This document shows, piece after piece, positions 12,626 through 25,248 of a DNA stretch of 64,000 bases. The notes under the pieces were generated by a model, which made no database searches, had not been told where the DNA came from, and saw only the letters and a program-made list of their open reading frames with translations. How positions within the stretch are numbered: position 1 is the first letter of the stretch; every line of letters begins with the position of its first letter. Source of the stretch: an uncultured Actinomycetes bacterium (GTDB taxonomy: Bacteria; Actinomycetota; Thermoleophilia; UBA2241); the NCBI GenBank assembly GCA_963755025.1, contig CAVWIH010000034.1, forward strand, positions 64,001-128,000, in the 5' to 3' direction. The position numbers and the translations under genes were made by a program.

Positions 12626-13714
12626 CTGAACGCCGATAACCCCCAGCACAAGCTGCGCATCGAGACCGTCGAGATCCGTGCCGACTCGGTCGTGCTCATC
12701 GACCAGCTCGCGCTGCCCGCCGACGAACGCTACGTCACCTGCTCCACCTGGCGCGACGTCGCCGCGCGCATCCGCGACATGACCGTACGCGGGGCGCCCG
12801 CCATCGGCGTGGCCGCGGCCGGCGCCCTGGCGCTGGCCGCCCGCGAGGCCGCCTTCGCCGGCGGCGAGCGCGCCGCCTTCGACGCCGCCTTAAGCGAGGC
12901 GGCGGCCGGCCTCGCCCAAACGCGGCCCACCGCCGTCAACCTCACCTGGGCCATCGCCGAGATGCGCGCCCTGTGGCAGCGCTGCGACGCGGCGCCCGAC
13001 GAATGCTGGCTCACCCTGCTCGCCCGGGCGCGCGAGATCCACGACGACGACATCCGCCGCTGCTACGCCATCGGCGCGTTCGGCGCGCCGCTCTTCGCAG
13101 CCGGCGCCGCCATCCTCACGCACTGCAACGCGGGCGCCCTGGCGACCGCCGGCTACGGCACCGCGCTGGGCGTCATCCGCTCCTGCCACGAGCGCTACGG
13201 CGGCGCCGTCTCGGTGTTCGTCGACGAGACCCGGCCCTGGCTGCAGGGCGCGCGCCTTACGGCGTGGGAACTCGGCGTCGAGGGCATCGAGTACAGCGTC
13301 ATCAGCGACAACATGGCTGGGCACTTCATCTCGAGGGGAGAGGTCGACGGCATAGTGGTAGGGGCCGACCGCATCGCCGCCAACGGCGACACCGCCAACA
13401 AGATCGGCACGTACACGCTGTCGGTGCTGGCCAAAGAACACGGCGTGCCGTTCTACGTGGCCGCGCCGCTCTCGACCGTCGACCTGGCCGTCGCGGGCGG
13501 CGCCGACATACCCATCGAAGAGCGCGACCCGGCCGAGGTCACCCACTTTCGCGGCACGCGCGTCACTCCGGCGGGAGCCCACGCCCGCCACCCGGCCTTC
13601 GACGTCACGCCGCAGGCCAACATCAGCGCCATCATCACCGAGGTCGGCGTGCTGCGCGCGCCCTACGACCGCGCGCTGCGTCTGGCGTGCGCCAAGGGCG
13701 AGTGCGCCCCGTGA
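12626..13714 (+). CDS. mtnA: S-methyl-5-thioribose-1-phosphate isomerase
   Basis: VRGAPAIG, RPTAVNL, THCNAGALAT, ETRP.LQG, GADRIAANGD.ANKIGTY, FDVTP. Coding frame extends upstream of GTG 12692; start provisionally placed at an in-frame CTG (12626) after AAGGA. Confidence 0.92.
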   Translation: MNADNPQHKLRIETVEIRADSVVLIDQLALPADERYVTCSTWRDVAARIRDMTVRGAPAIGVAAAGALALAAREAAFAGGERAAFDAALSEAAAGLAQTRPTAVNLTWAIAEMRALWQRCDAAPDECWLTLLARAREIHDDDIRRCYAIGAFGAPLFAAGAAILTHCNAGALATAGYGTALGVIRSCHERYGGAVSVFVDETRPWLQGARLTAWELGVEGIEYSVISDNMAGHFISRGEVDGIVVGADRIAANGDTANKIGTYTLSVLAKEHGVPFYVAAPLSTVDLAVAGGADIPIEERDPAEVTHFRGTRVTPAGAHARHPAFDVTPQANISAIITEVGVLRAPYDRALRLACAKGECAP

Positions 13715-14856
13715 ACCCCGGCAAAGCGCCCAAGGCGCCCAAGGCGCACATCATGGCGGCCGGCCTGGGCACTCGCCTGGCGCCGCTCACCGACCGCACC
13801 GCCAAGCCCATGGCGCCCATCGTCAATCGCCCGGTCATGGAGCACACCCTGCGCCTGCTGGCGCGCCACGGCGTGACCGAGGTCTGCATCAACCTGCACC
13901 ACTACGCCGACGACATCCAGGGCTACTTCGGCGACGGCCGCGACTTCGGCCTGCAGGCGCACTACTGCTTCGAAGAGAAGCTCCTGGGCACCGCCGGCGG
14001 CACCGGCGGGTTTCGCGACCTGCTCGGCGACGAGACCTTCCTCGTGGTCAGCGGCGACGCCCTCACCGACGTCGACATCTCGTCGTTCGTGGCCGCGCAC
14101 CGCGACAGCGGGGCGCTCGCCACGCTGGCCGTCAAAGAGGTCGAAGACCCCTCGCACTACGGCGTCGTGGTGCACGACGCCGCCGGCCGCGTGCTGGGCT
14201 TTCAAGAAAAGCCGGCCCGGGCCGACGCCCTGTCGAACCTGTGCAACTGCGGCATCTACGTCTTCGAGCCGGCCATCTTCGACCACATCCCGCGCGGCGC
14301 CTTCGTCGACTACGCCAAAGACGTCTTTCCGGCGCTGCTCGCCGCCGACCTGCCGTTCCACGTGTGGCGCCTCGAGACCTACTGGAACGACGTGGGCAGC
14401 ATCCGCGAGTACCGGCGCAGCAACTTCGACGCCCTGCTGGGCCGCGTCGCCGTCACGCTGCCCGGCCGCGAGCTGCGCCTCGGGGTGTGGATCGGCGACG
14501 ACACCGAGGTCGCCGACGACGTCGAGATCGTGCCCCCCGTGCTCATCGGCGACGGCTGCCGGGTGGGCCCTCACGCGCGCCTCGTCGGACCGCTCGTCAT
14601 CGGCGACGGCTGCACCATCGGGCGCGGCGCGCTGCTCGAAGGCGTCATCCATTGGGACGGCACCGCCACCGGTCGCGGCGCCTCGCTGGCCGGCGGCATC
14701 GTCGGCCGCGGCGTCACCATCGGCGACCACGCCGTCGTGCACCGCGGGGCGGTGATCGGCAACGGCTGCAGCATCGCCGACGGCGCCGTCGTCAGGGCCG
14801 ACGCCCGGCTCGGCCCGCAGACCGCGGTCAAGGTCGCGACCGAACCCCTGGCGTGA
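13711..14856 (+). CDS. Second NDP-sugar pyrophosphorylase (mannose-1-phosphate guanylyltransferase-like)
   Basis: GTG overlaps the mtnA stop; MAAGLGTRLAPLT, KPM, EEKLLGTAGG, SGD and YWNDVG motifs; LbH tail. Confidence 0.88.
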   Translation: MNPGKAPKAPKAHIMAAGLGTRLAPLTDRTAKPMAPIVNRPVMEHTLRLLARHGVTEVCINLHHYADDIQGYFGDGRDFGLQAHYCFEEKLLGTAGGTGGFRDLLGDETFLVVSGDALTDVDISSFVAAHRDSGALATLAVKEVEDPSHYGVVVHDAAGRVLGFQEKPARADALSNLCNCGIYVFEPAIFDHIPRGAFVDYAKDVFPALLAADLPFHVWRLETYWNDVGSIREYRRSNFDALLGRVAVTLPGRELRLGVWIGDDTEVADDVEIVPPVLIGDGCRVGPHARLVGPLVIGDGCTIGRGALLEGVIHWDGTATGRGASLAGGIVGRGVTIGDHAVVHRGAVIGNGCSIADGAVVRADARLGPQTAVKVATEPLA

Positions 14857-15635
14857 CCGCGCTCGGCCGCTTGGCCGACGGGGCGGTCGACCTCTTTCTT
14901 CCTAAGCGCTGCGTCGTCTGCGGCCGCGCCGGCGGCTGGCTGTGCCCGGCCTGCGCAGCGGCGCTCGCGCCGCTGCCCGACTGCGTCTGCGGGCGCTGCG
15001 GGGCGCCGCTCGGCCGGCCGCGCGACGAGTGCCGCGAGTGTCGCGGGCGCGACCTCGCCTTTGCCTCGGCGCGGGCCGCCTACCTCTACCAGGGTCCGGC
15101 GCGCCGCCTGGTCACGGCCTGCAAGTTCCGCTCGCTGCGCTCGCTCACCGCCGAGATGGCCGAGCTCTCGCGACCCGCCTTCGAGCGCGCCCTCGTGCTC
15201 GCCGCCGGCGCCGGCGGGGGCGTCGACCTGGTCACCTGCGTGCCGGTGCATCGCGAGCGCGACCTCGAACGCGGCTTCGACCAGGCCGCCCTGCTGGCGC
15301 GCCGCCTGGCCGCCGGCGCCGGCCTGCCGTACGCGCCGCTGCTCGTGCGCCGGCGGCGCGGGCGGCGGCAGAGCGGCCTCGGCGCCGCCGCCCGCGCCGA
15401 AAACGTGCGCGAAGCGTTCAGGCTCGACGACAGATTGGTCGATAAAGCGGGTAGAGTGTGTACCGTGTTGGTCGTTGATGACGTCTACACGACGGGTGAG
15501 ACACTACACGCGTGTTCTCTAGCTTTACGACACGCGGGCTGCGAGCCGCATGCGTTCACGTTTGCGCGCGCCGCCCGCGGTTTTCGTTCTACAGACCGCT
15601 TCGGATCGTCGGTAACAAAGGAGCCGCCTTCATGA
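14853..15635 (+). CDS. comF: ComF family protein (double zinc ribbon + phosphoribosyltransferase domain)
   Basis: Four CxxC pairs, VPVH..R..ERGFDQA, and the VVDDVYTTGET PRPP-binding loop. Confidence 0.88.
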   Translation: MTALGRLADGAVDLFLPKRCVVCGRAGGWLCPACAAALAPLPDCVCGRCGAPLGRPRDECRECRGRDLAFASARAAYLYQGPARRLVTACKFRSLRSLTAEMAELSRPAFERALVLAAGAGGGVDLVTCVPVHRERDLERGFDQAALLARRLAAGAGLPYAPLLVRRRRGRRQSGLGAAARAENVREAFRLDDRLVDKAGRVCTVLVVDDVYTTGETLHACSLALRHAGCEPHAFTFARAARGFRSTDRFGSSVTKEPPS

Positions 15636-16309
15636 AGATCCAGGTCAAAGGTCGTCACGTGGTCGTTACCGAGCCGCTGCGCGACTACGCCGAGGAGAAG
15701 CTCGCCAAGCTGCATCGCCAGCTGAGCGAGCGTCACATCGACGAAGTCACCCGCGTCGAGCTCGAGCTCATCGTCGAGAAAGGCCACAACAGTGCCGACT
15801 CGCAGGTCGCCGAAGCGACGGTGTTCACACGAGGGCCGGTCATGCGCGCCCGCGAGTCGTCGCCCGATATGTACGCCTCGATCGACCTCGTGACCGAAAA
15901 GCTCCAACGACAGGCCAAAAAGTATCACGACAAGGTCCACCACAAGGCGCTGCGGCACACCGCGGCCAAAGCGGTCGCGCCGCTCGGCGGCCCCCGCGGC
16001 ATCGAGCTCGGCGAGCGGCCGGCCGACGCCGGCGAGGCAGCCGACACGGGCGAACCGCGTCCGGCGCCGGCGCCGCTCACCCTGGCCCCCGAGCCGACCG
16101 ACAACGGCGGCAACAACCACGACGACGCGCGCGTGGTCAAGAGCAAGCAGTTCGCCCTGAAGCCCATGTCGGTCGACGAAGCCACGCTGCAGCTCGAGCT
16201 GATCGGCCACAGCTTCTTCGTGTTCACCAACGCCGAGAGCGGCGACACCAACGTCGTCTACCGGCGCAACGACGGCGACTACGGCCTGATCGAGCCCATC
16301 CGCCAGTAG
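15632..16309 (+). CDS. hpf: Ribosome hibernation promoting factor (long HPF/RaiA)
   Basis: MKIQVKGRH...LRDYAEEKL..., DMYASID, and C-terminal KPMSVDEA.LQLEL.GHSFFVF.N...NVVYRR.DGDYGLI; AAGGAG SD. Confidence 0.93.
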   Translation: MKIQVKGRHVVVTEPLRDYAEEKLAKLHRQLSERHIDEVTRVELELIVEKGHNSADSQVAEATVFTRGPVMRARESSPDMYASIDLVTEKLQRQAKKYHDKVHHKALRHTAAKAVAPLGGPRGIELGERPADAGEAADTGEPRPAPAPLTLAPEPTDNGGNNHDDARVVKSKQFALKPMSVDEATLQLELIGHSFFVFTNAESGDTNVVYRRNDGDYGLIEPIRQ

Positions 16310-16484
16310 CCGCCGGCGGTCAGGCCGGCGCCGCGCCGGGCCGTCGCAGGGCCCGTACGCGGTGCGTCGGCGCGCCTTGCGCATTCGCCCAGGTCGATCG
16401 GCCTATAGGGTAATCTTGAGCGTGCGCGAACATGGTAACGACCAGGACGACAGGTAACGACCAAGAGGATCGGTAAAAGAGCTC

Positions 16485-19139
<2,655 letters not shown>

Positions 19140-19146
19140 GCGCTTC

Positions 19147-19298
19147 GCTTGCCCCGTCAAATGCCGTCGCTGCCGCCTGAGGCGGCAGGTCGCTCATTCC
19201 ATGGCGCCTGGGCAAGCCGGCAGGCAAGCTTTGCTTGCCTGCCGTGGCGCCATGGAACGCCGTCGCTCTCGCCTGACGGCGAGAGGGCGCTCGTTTCA
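19147..19298. repeat. Structured intergenic element: two covarying hairpin modules flanking a perfect central palindrome (REP/MITE-like or ncRNA)
   Basis: AATG-CCGTCG-CTGCCGCC-tga-GGCGGCAG-GTCGCT-CATT (19160-19198) and AACG-CCGTCG-CTCTCGCC-tgac-GGCGAGAG-GGCGCT-CGTT (19256-19295); central CGGCAGGCAAGC-ttt-GCTTGCCTGCCG. Confidence 0.65.
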
Positions 19299-19361
19299 CT
19301 CCCGCTGCGACCCTAGAGCCTTCTCCGCCTGCGGCTGGGGCCTGGTTCGGCAGCCCTAGAG

Positions 19362-20503
19362 TGTCCTATCCCCGAGTAGTACCGACACTCGGAGCTTTCT
19401 TGCTTCTCTTGTCTCACTGAGGTGGGGCGGCGCATCCTTTCTGCAAGGAACTGCCAGGTTCTCGCAGAAGGAGCGCCGCCCCATGACCAATGATGATGTC
19501 CTTTTCGCCTACCGTCTACGTGTGCTTGCCAGCGCCCGGGAGCTGGGATCGGTGGCCGCGGCCTGCCGCGTGCACGGCATCCACCGCTCGACCTTCTACC
19601 GCTGGAAGGGCGCCGTCGACCGCTTCGGGCTGGAGATCCTGCGACCGCGCGAACGCCGCCGCCCGCAGATGCCCAACGCCATCCCGGTCTTAGTCGAGCA
19701 GCGCATCGTCGCCTTCGCCCTGGGCTACCCGGGCTACGGACCGGCCCGAATCGCCTCCGAGCTGGCGCGCGCCAAGCACGGCGGCTTTACGGTCTCGCCC
19801 AACGGCGTGTGGCGCGTGCTGCGCCGCCATGGCCTGCACACCCGCGCCCTGCGCAACGCCCTGCTGGCCGGTTATGCGGCGCCGCCCGCACCGGCCCGCG
19901 AGCCCGCCCCGGAGCGCCACATCGCAGTCGACCACCCCGGCGAGCTCGTGCAGATGGACTGCTTTTGCATCGGGCGCCTGGCCGGCACCAAGGGCGTGGT
20001 GTGGCAGTACAGCGCGATCGACGCAGCCTCCTCTTTCACCTGGGCCGAGCTGCACACGACACCCAGAAACCCCGACGTGCGCTTCTGCTCGCACCCGGCG
20101 CACCGCGTGGCCGGCGATCTGCGCAACGCCGGCTGGCGCCTGGAGCGCGTGAGCACCGACAACGGCTCGGAGTTTCGCAACCACGCCTTCGACGCCACCC
20201 TCGAGCGCCTCGGAGCCGGCCACACGCTGATCAGCCCGGGGCGCCCGCAGTCGAACGGCTTCGTGGAACGTGTGCAGCGCACCATCTTGGAGGAGTGCTG
20301 GAAGCCCTCCTTCGCGCGCTACCTGGTGCCCAAGTACATGGGGCTGCGCCGCGAGCTTGAGCGCTACCTCGAGCTCTACAACTACGACCGCACGCACAAC
20401 GGGCGCCTGACTCGTGGTCGGACGCCCGCTGAGGTGTTCGGTGCCGCTAAGATGTTCGAGTAGTGGCAGACGGGATGCGTCGCTACATCTTGGGGTCAGT
20501 ACA
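19362..20503 (+). mobile_element. IS481-family insertion sequence
   Basis: Ends are TGT...ACA with imperfect 25-bp inverted repeats (TGTCCTATCCCCGAGTAGTACCGAC vs TGTACTGACCCCAAGATGTAGCGAC, 18/25). CCTAGAG lies on both flanks (19355-19361, 20505-20511). Single DDE ORF. Confidence 0.88.
19483..20463 (+). CDS. IS481-family DDE transposase
   Basis: N-terminal HTH (ACRVHGIHRSTFYRW) and rve core VQMD / TDNGSEF / PQSNGFVER with an intact DDE triad. Confidence 0.92.
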   Translation: MTNDDVLFAYRLRVLASARELGSVAAACRVHGIHRSTFYRWKGAVDRFGLEILRPRERRRPQMPNAIPVLVEQRIVAFALGYPGYGPARIASELARAKHGGFTVSPNGVWRVLRRHGLHTRALRNALLAGYAAPPAPAREPAPERHIAVDHPGELVQMDCFCIGRLAGTKGVVWQYSAIDAASSFTWAELHTTPRNPDVRFCSHPAHRVAGDLRNAGWRLERVSTDNGSEFRNHAFDATLERLGAGHTLISPGRPQSNGFVERVQRTILEECWKPSFARYLVPKYMGLRRELERYLELYNYDRTHNGRLTRGRTPAEVFGAAKMFE

Positions 20504-20586
20504 ACCTAGAGCGTCGTACCTGCTCATCAACTCGCGCGCCGCGCTCCCCCGCGACGGCGAGGCTGAGTAGGGTATACTTTCTCACC

Positions 20587-21745
20587 ATGACGATGACCGT
20601 ACCCGAAGCCCTCGAACACCTAGACTCGCTCCGCGAGCGGCTGCACGGCGCCTCAGAGCGCCTCAGTTGGCTGCGGAGCTATCTTTGACCCCCCTCGCCT
20701 GACTGCCGACATCGAGGCGCTCGAAGAGCGCATGCGGGCCCCCGACTTCTGGGACGACGCCGAGTCGGCGCAGACCACGTCGGCCACCTATAGCCGACTC
20801 AAGCGCCGCTTCGACGACTTTGCCGCGCTCGAAGCCGGCTTTGGCGACCTCGAGACCACCGAAGAGATGATCCGCGAGGAGCTCGCCGCCGACGAGGTCG
20901 ACGAGCCGCTCTTCGCCGAGCTCGGCCAGGGCGTGGCGGCCCTCGAGCGCGAGCTCGAGCACGGCGAGGAACAGCGCTTCTTCAGCGGCCGCTACGACGA
21001 AGGCGGCGCCGTGATGACCATCCACCCGGGCGCCGGCGGCACCGAGTCGCAGGACTGGGCGGCCATGCTGTTCCGCATGTACCTGCGCTGGTTCGAGAAC
21101 CGCGGCTTCAAGGTCGAGGTCAACGACACCCAGGAGGGTGGCGAGGCCGGCATCACGAGCGCGACCATCTCGGTCGAGGGCGAGAACGCCTACGGCCTGC
21201 TGGCCTCAGAGAAGGGCGTGCACCGGCTGGTGCGCATGAGCCCCTTCGACTCGGCCAACCGCCGCCACACGAGCTTCGCCGCGGTCGAGGTCAGCCCCCT
21301 GGTCAGCGACGACGTCGAGATCGACATCGACGAAGACGACCTGCGGGTCGACACCTACCGCTCCAGCGGCGCCGGCGGCCAGCACGTCAACAAGACGAGC
21401 TCGGCGGTGCGCATCACGCACATCCCCACGAACATCGTGGTGCAGTGCCAGAACGAGCGCTCGCAGCTGTCGAACCGCGCGACCGCCATGCGCATGCTCA
21501 AGAGCCGCCTGATCGAGCTCGAGGAGCGCAAGCGCGCCGAGGAGCTCGCCCGCGAGCGCGGCCAGCAGCTCGACGTGAACTTCGGCTCGCAGATCCGCAG
21601 CTACGTGCTGCACCCCTACCAGATGGTCAAAGACCTGCGCACCGACCACGAGACCGGCAACACCCAGGCCGTGCTCGACGGCGACCTCGACCCGTTCGTG
21701 CACTCGTTCCTCATGTGGCGCGCCGGCAACGACCACCGCGGGTGA
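20587..21745 (+). CDS. prfB: Peptide chain release factor 2, translated through a programmed +1 frameshift at CTT-TGA-C (20683-20689)
   Basis: ORF1 from ATG 20587 ends ...SYL-stop. Internal SD-like GGAG precedes TAT CTT TGA C. The +1 frame joins the 20732 ORF, which has SPF and GGQ motifs. Confidence 0.95.
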
Positions 21746-21776
21746 TCGCGGCGAGCACGCGCCGCCGCTCCTTGCC

Positions 21777-22286
21777 GTGAACCAGCCCGACGACACGCCC
21801 ACGCTGCGCGGCGCGCGCGTCGTGTTACGCCCCCTCACCGAGGCCGACGCCCCGATCATGCTCGCCATGCTGAGCGAGCCCGGCGTCGCCACCTGGTGGC
21901 GGCGCTCCGAGTGGGACCAGCTGACCGAAGACGGCGCGACCGTCTTTGCCGTCATGGTCGGCGAGGCCATCGCCGGCTGCATCCAGTTCGCCGAAGAGAC
22001 CGACCCCGACTACCACAGCGCCTCCATCGACATCTTCATGGGCGACGCCTGGCAGGACCGCGGCCTGGGCACCGAGGCCATGCGCACACTCATCGACTAC
22101 CTCATCGGGCAGCGCGGCCACCACCGCATCACGGTCGATCCGGCGGCCGCCAACGCGCGCGCCATCCGCGTTTACGAGCGCCTCGGGTTCGCCCCGGTCG
22201 GCGTCATGCGCGCCTACGAGCGCGTAGCCGAGGGTACCTGGCGCGACGCCCTGCTCATGGAGCGTATCGAGCCCGAGCGGGGCTGA
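21777..22286 (+). CDS. GNAT N-acetyltransferase (RimJ/RimL / AAC(6')-like)
   Basis: RPL...D, WQDRGLGTE, DP...NARAIRVYERLGF motifs. Confidence 0.85.
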   Translation: MNQPDDTPTLRGARVVLRPLTEADAPIMLAMLSEPGVATWWRRSEWDQLTEDGATVFAVMVGEAIAGCIQFAEETDPDYHSASIDIFMGDAWQDRGLGTEAMRTLIDYLIGQRGHHRITVDPAAANARAIRVYERLGFAPVGVMRAYERVAEGTWRDALLMERIEPERG

Positions 22287-22296
22287 CCGGGCGCCA

Positions 22297-22881
22297 TCAG
22301 GTTTCGACGGCGCCCATGACGAGCGGGGTGAGGCGAGCCTCGACGACGTCGAGGCTCGCCTCACGATCGAACACCAGCCAGTCGAGCGCCGCGGTGGCGA
22401 TCATGCCGAACAGGGTCGAGGCCGTGCTCTGCACGTCTAGTTCGGCGCGGAACTCGCCGGTCGCCACGCCGCGGGCGAGCACGCCGGCGAAGACGGCGAC
22501 GTACTCCTCGCGCAGGGTGCGCAGGTTGTCGCGCCAGTCGCGGTCGGCGCGCCACATCTCCGACATCACGAGCTTCGAGAAGGCCTGGTAGCGCTCGATG
22601 TAGACGAGCTCGGCGTGGACGAGGGCGCGCAGGGCGGCTGCGCCGCCCTGCGCGCCCTCGAGTTCGCTGCGAAACGAAGCCGCCAGGCGGCGCAGGCCGT
22701 CGTCGAGCAGGGCCGAGACGAGCTCGGACTTGCTGCGGAAGTGGTAGTACACCGTGCCCTTAGCCACCCCCGCGCGCTCCACGATGTCGTCGACCGTGGC
22801 GCCCGCGTAGCCGCGCTCGCCGAACAGCTCGATGGCCGCCGTGAAGAGGCGGTCGAGGGTCCCGCTGCGGGCCTGCGGCAT
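22297..22881 (-). CDS. TetR/AcrR family regulator
   Basis: LFGERGY.GATVDDIVERAGVAKGTVYYHF.SK HTH; ATG at 22881 after AAGGG. Confidence 0.9.
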   Translation of the reverse strand: MPQARSGTLDRLFTAAIELFGERGYAGATVDDIVERAGVAKGTVYYHFRSKSELVSALLDDGLRRLAASFRSELEGAQGGAAALRALVHAELVYIERYQAFSKLVMSEMWRADRDWRDNLRTLREEYVAVFAGVLARGVATGEFRAELDVQSTASTLFGMIATAALDWLVFDREASLDVVEARLTPLVMGAVET

Positions 22882-23009
22882 GGTGGTCCGTCCCTTCGCT
22901 TCGGTTGTGCTGCGCCGTACGGTCACGGCATCGTCGTCGCGCCGCCGCGAGGTCGTCACCGACAATGCCGCGCCGCCGTCAAGAACGATGCCGCGCCGCC
23001 GCGAAGCCG

Positions 23010-25248
23010 TCACGACATCGTGATGATGGGCTTGAGGCGGTCCATCGTCCAGGTCCGCCTGCGGTGCGCGGTCAGTATAGTCGCACACACGGCGAGCGCG
23101 GCGAAGCCGAGCAGCACGGCGGCGTCGAGCGCCAGGGCGCGCAGGTCACCGCCCGAGATCGCCTGGCGCAGGCCCGAGACCACGTAGGTCATGGGCAGCC
23201 AGGGGTTGATGATCTGGAAGAAGCGCGGCACGGTCTGCATGGGGAACGTGCCGCCCGACGAGGTGAGCTGCAACATGAGCAGCACGATGGCGGCGAACTT
23301 GCCGGCCGTGCCCAGGGCGGCCGACAGAAACTGCAGGATGGCCGTGAAGGCAAAGGCGGCGACGAGCACGAAGCCCAGCAGCGCCAGCGGTTCGACCGGG
23401 TGCAGCCCCAGAGTGAAGCGCAGCACCGCCACGAGCACGATCGCCTGCACCGCCGTCAGGGCGGCGCCGGGCCACAGGCCGGCGAGGGCCACCTGGGTGT
23501 CGGGCAGGGTCGAGGCCAGGGCGCGGCTGCTCAGCGGCCGCACGATGAAGTAGGTCATGAGCGCCCCTACCCAGAGCGCCAGAGGGATGAAGTAAGGCGC
23601 GAAGCCTGTACCGTAATTGGGCACCGGGTCGACGCGCGTGGTGTGCAGCTGCACGGGATCGCTCATGATCGCGGCGTGCGTGCACGCGCTGCGCGGCGCT
23701 GTAGGCGGTCATCGCGGCCGCCCCCTCGGCGAGGCTGCGGGTCAGCGTGCTGCCGCCGGCGTGGGCCTGGGCGAGGCCGCTCGTGAGCTTGGTACCGCCG
23801 GCCTCGAGGCGGTCGAGCCCCAGAACGAGGGCGCCGCCGCCGCTCGCCGCCTGCGCGGCGCCGCCGGCGGCCTTGGCGGCGCCGCCGGCCAGCGTGCGTG
23901 CCCCGCTGGCCAGGGCGCCGGCGCCGGCGCTCCCCCGGCTCACGCCGGACTGCAGCGCGCCGGCGCCCTGGGCGAGCGCGCTCGCCCCGCCGGCCACCGT
24001 CTGCGCACCCGAGTGGGCCTGGGTGACCGCCGCCTCGTAGGTGGCGAGCGAGCCGGCGAGCTGCGCGCCGCCGCTGTCGAGCTGGGCGGCGCCCGCCTCG
24101 AGTTGCTGAAGCTGGGGCGTGGCGGCCGCGAGGCCGCTGTGCAGCTGCGAGAGGCCGTCGGCTACCTGGCCGGCGGCGCCCGCGGCGGTCTGCAGGTCAC
24201 CGAGGTCGGCGGCGTCGGGGTGCGCGGCGATGTAGGCGGCCAGCGCCTCCTGTACCTGGCCGGCGGCGCCGGAAAGCGTGCCGGCCGAGTCGGCGGCGGT
24301 CGCCGTCTGGGCGGCCGCCGCCGTCAGTCCGGCGTGCACCTGGCTGGCTCCCGCAGCGAGGGTGGTCGCTGCGCCGTGGAGCTGCGTGGCGCCGCTCGCC
24401 AGGCTGTCGAGCCCGCTCGCCAGGGCGCCGGCGCCGCTTGCCAGGCTGTGACTGCCGGCGCTCACGGCGCGCGCCCCGGCGGCGGCGCTGGTGAGGCCGC
24501 CCGACAGCCGGCTCGCGCCGCTCGCCAAGGCGCCGGCGCCGCTCGCCAGAGAGTGTGTGCCGCTCGTCAGGCTGATGAGCCCCGAAGAGAGCGTGCGCGA
24601 TCCCGTGGCCGCCGTGGTGATGCCGCTCGCAAGGCTCGACGAGCCCGAGGTGGCGCGGCCCAGGGCCACCGTCAGGTGGTCGGCGCCGCCGGCCGCCTTG
24701 TTGGTGCCCCGCTTCACGTCGGCCAGGCCGACGAAGATGTGCGACAGGTAACCTTTGGCCGTGACGGCCGACAGCGAGGCGCGCAGCTCCACGAAGATGC
24801 GCCCGCCGATCTGCGTGGCGAGCAGGTTGTGGGCCTCGTTGGCCTGCACCTGCAGCGTGGCGGCCTGGGGCTTGGCGCTCGACGCCGAGGCCACGTGCGC
24901 GCTGAAGTCGGCGGGCACCGTGAGGGTCATGGCGTAGCGGCCGCTGCGCAGCCCGGAACGCGCCTGGGCGGCCGAGGTCGGCAGCCACTCGAACGACTTG
25001 TCGGTGCGCAGCTGGCGCATGAGGTCGGCGCCCACGTGCACCGTGCCGCCGGCGGAGCGCACCGGCTGATCCAAGTTGACGACCGCGACCGGCAGCTTGT
25101 CGAGGCGCGAGTAGGGGTCCCAGAACGCCCAGAGGTAGAGGACGGCGTAGAGCAGCGGCACGACGCAGACGACCCCGGCGGCAATGCGGAAGGCTCGCGC
25201 CGAAAGGAGCCGCTTGAGCTCTGATTGAGCGAGCCTAAACGAGCGCAC
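23010..25248 (-). CDS. YhgE/Pip-family membrane protein (apparent frameshift near 23680)
   Basis: PLLYAVLYLWAFWDPY...LPVAVVNLD N-terminus, Gly/Ala heptad repeats, and C-terminal NYGTGFAPYFIPLALWVG...SGGTFP in a second frame; AGGAGG SD. Confidence 0.85.

Noticed and set aside
22920-23020. Degenerate GCCGCGCCGCCG repeats between pip and tetR
   Set aside because: Short, GC-only and irregularly spaced; not distinguishable from slippage in high-GC DNA.
23700-24700. Novel repeat array in the pip gene
   Set aside because: These are the standard Gly/Ala heptad (xxxxLxxG) repeats of YhgE/Pip proteins.
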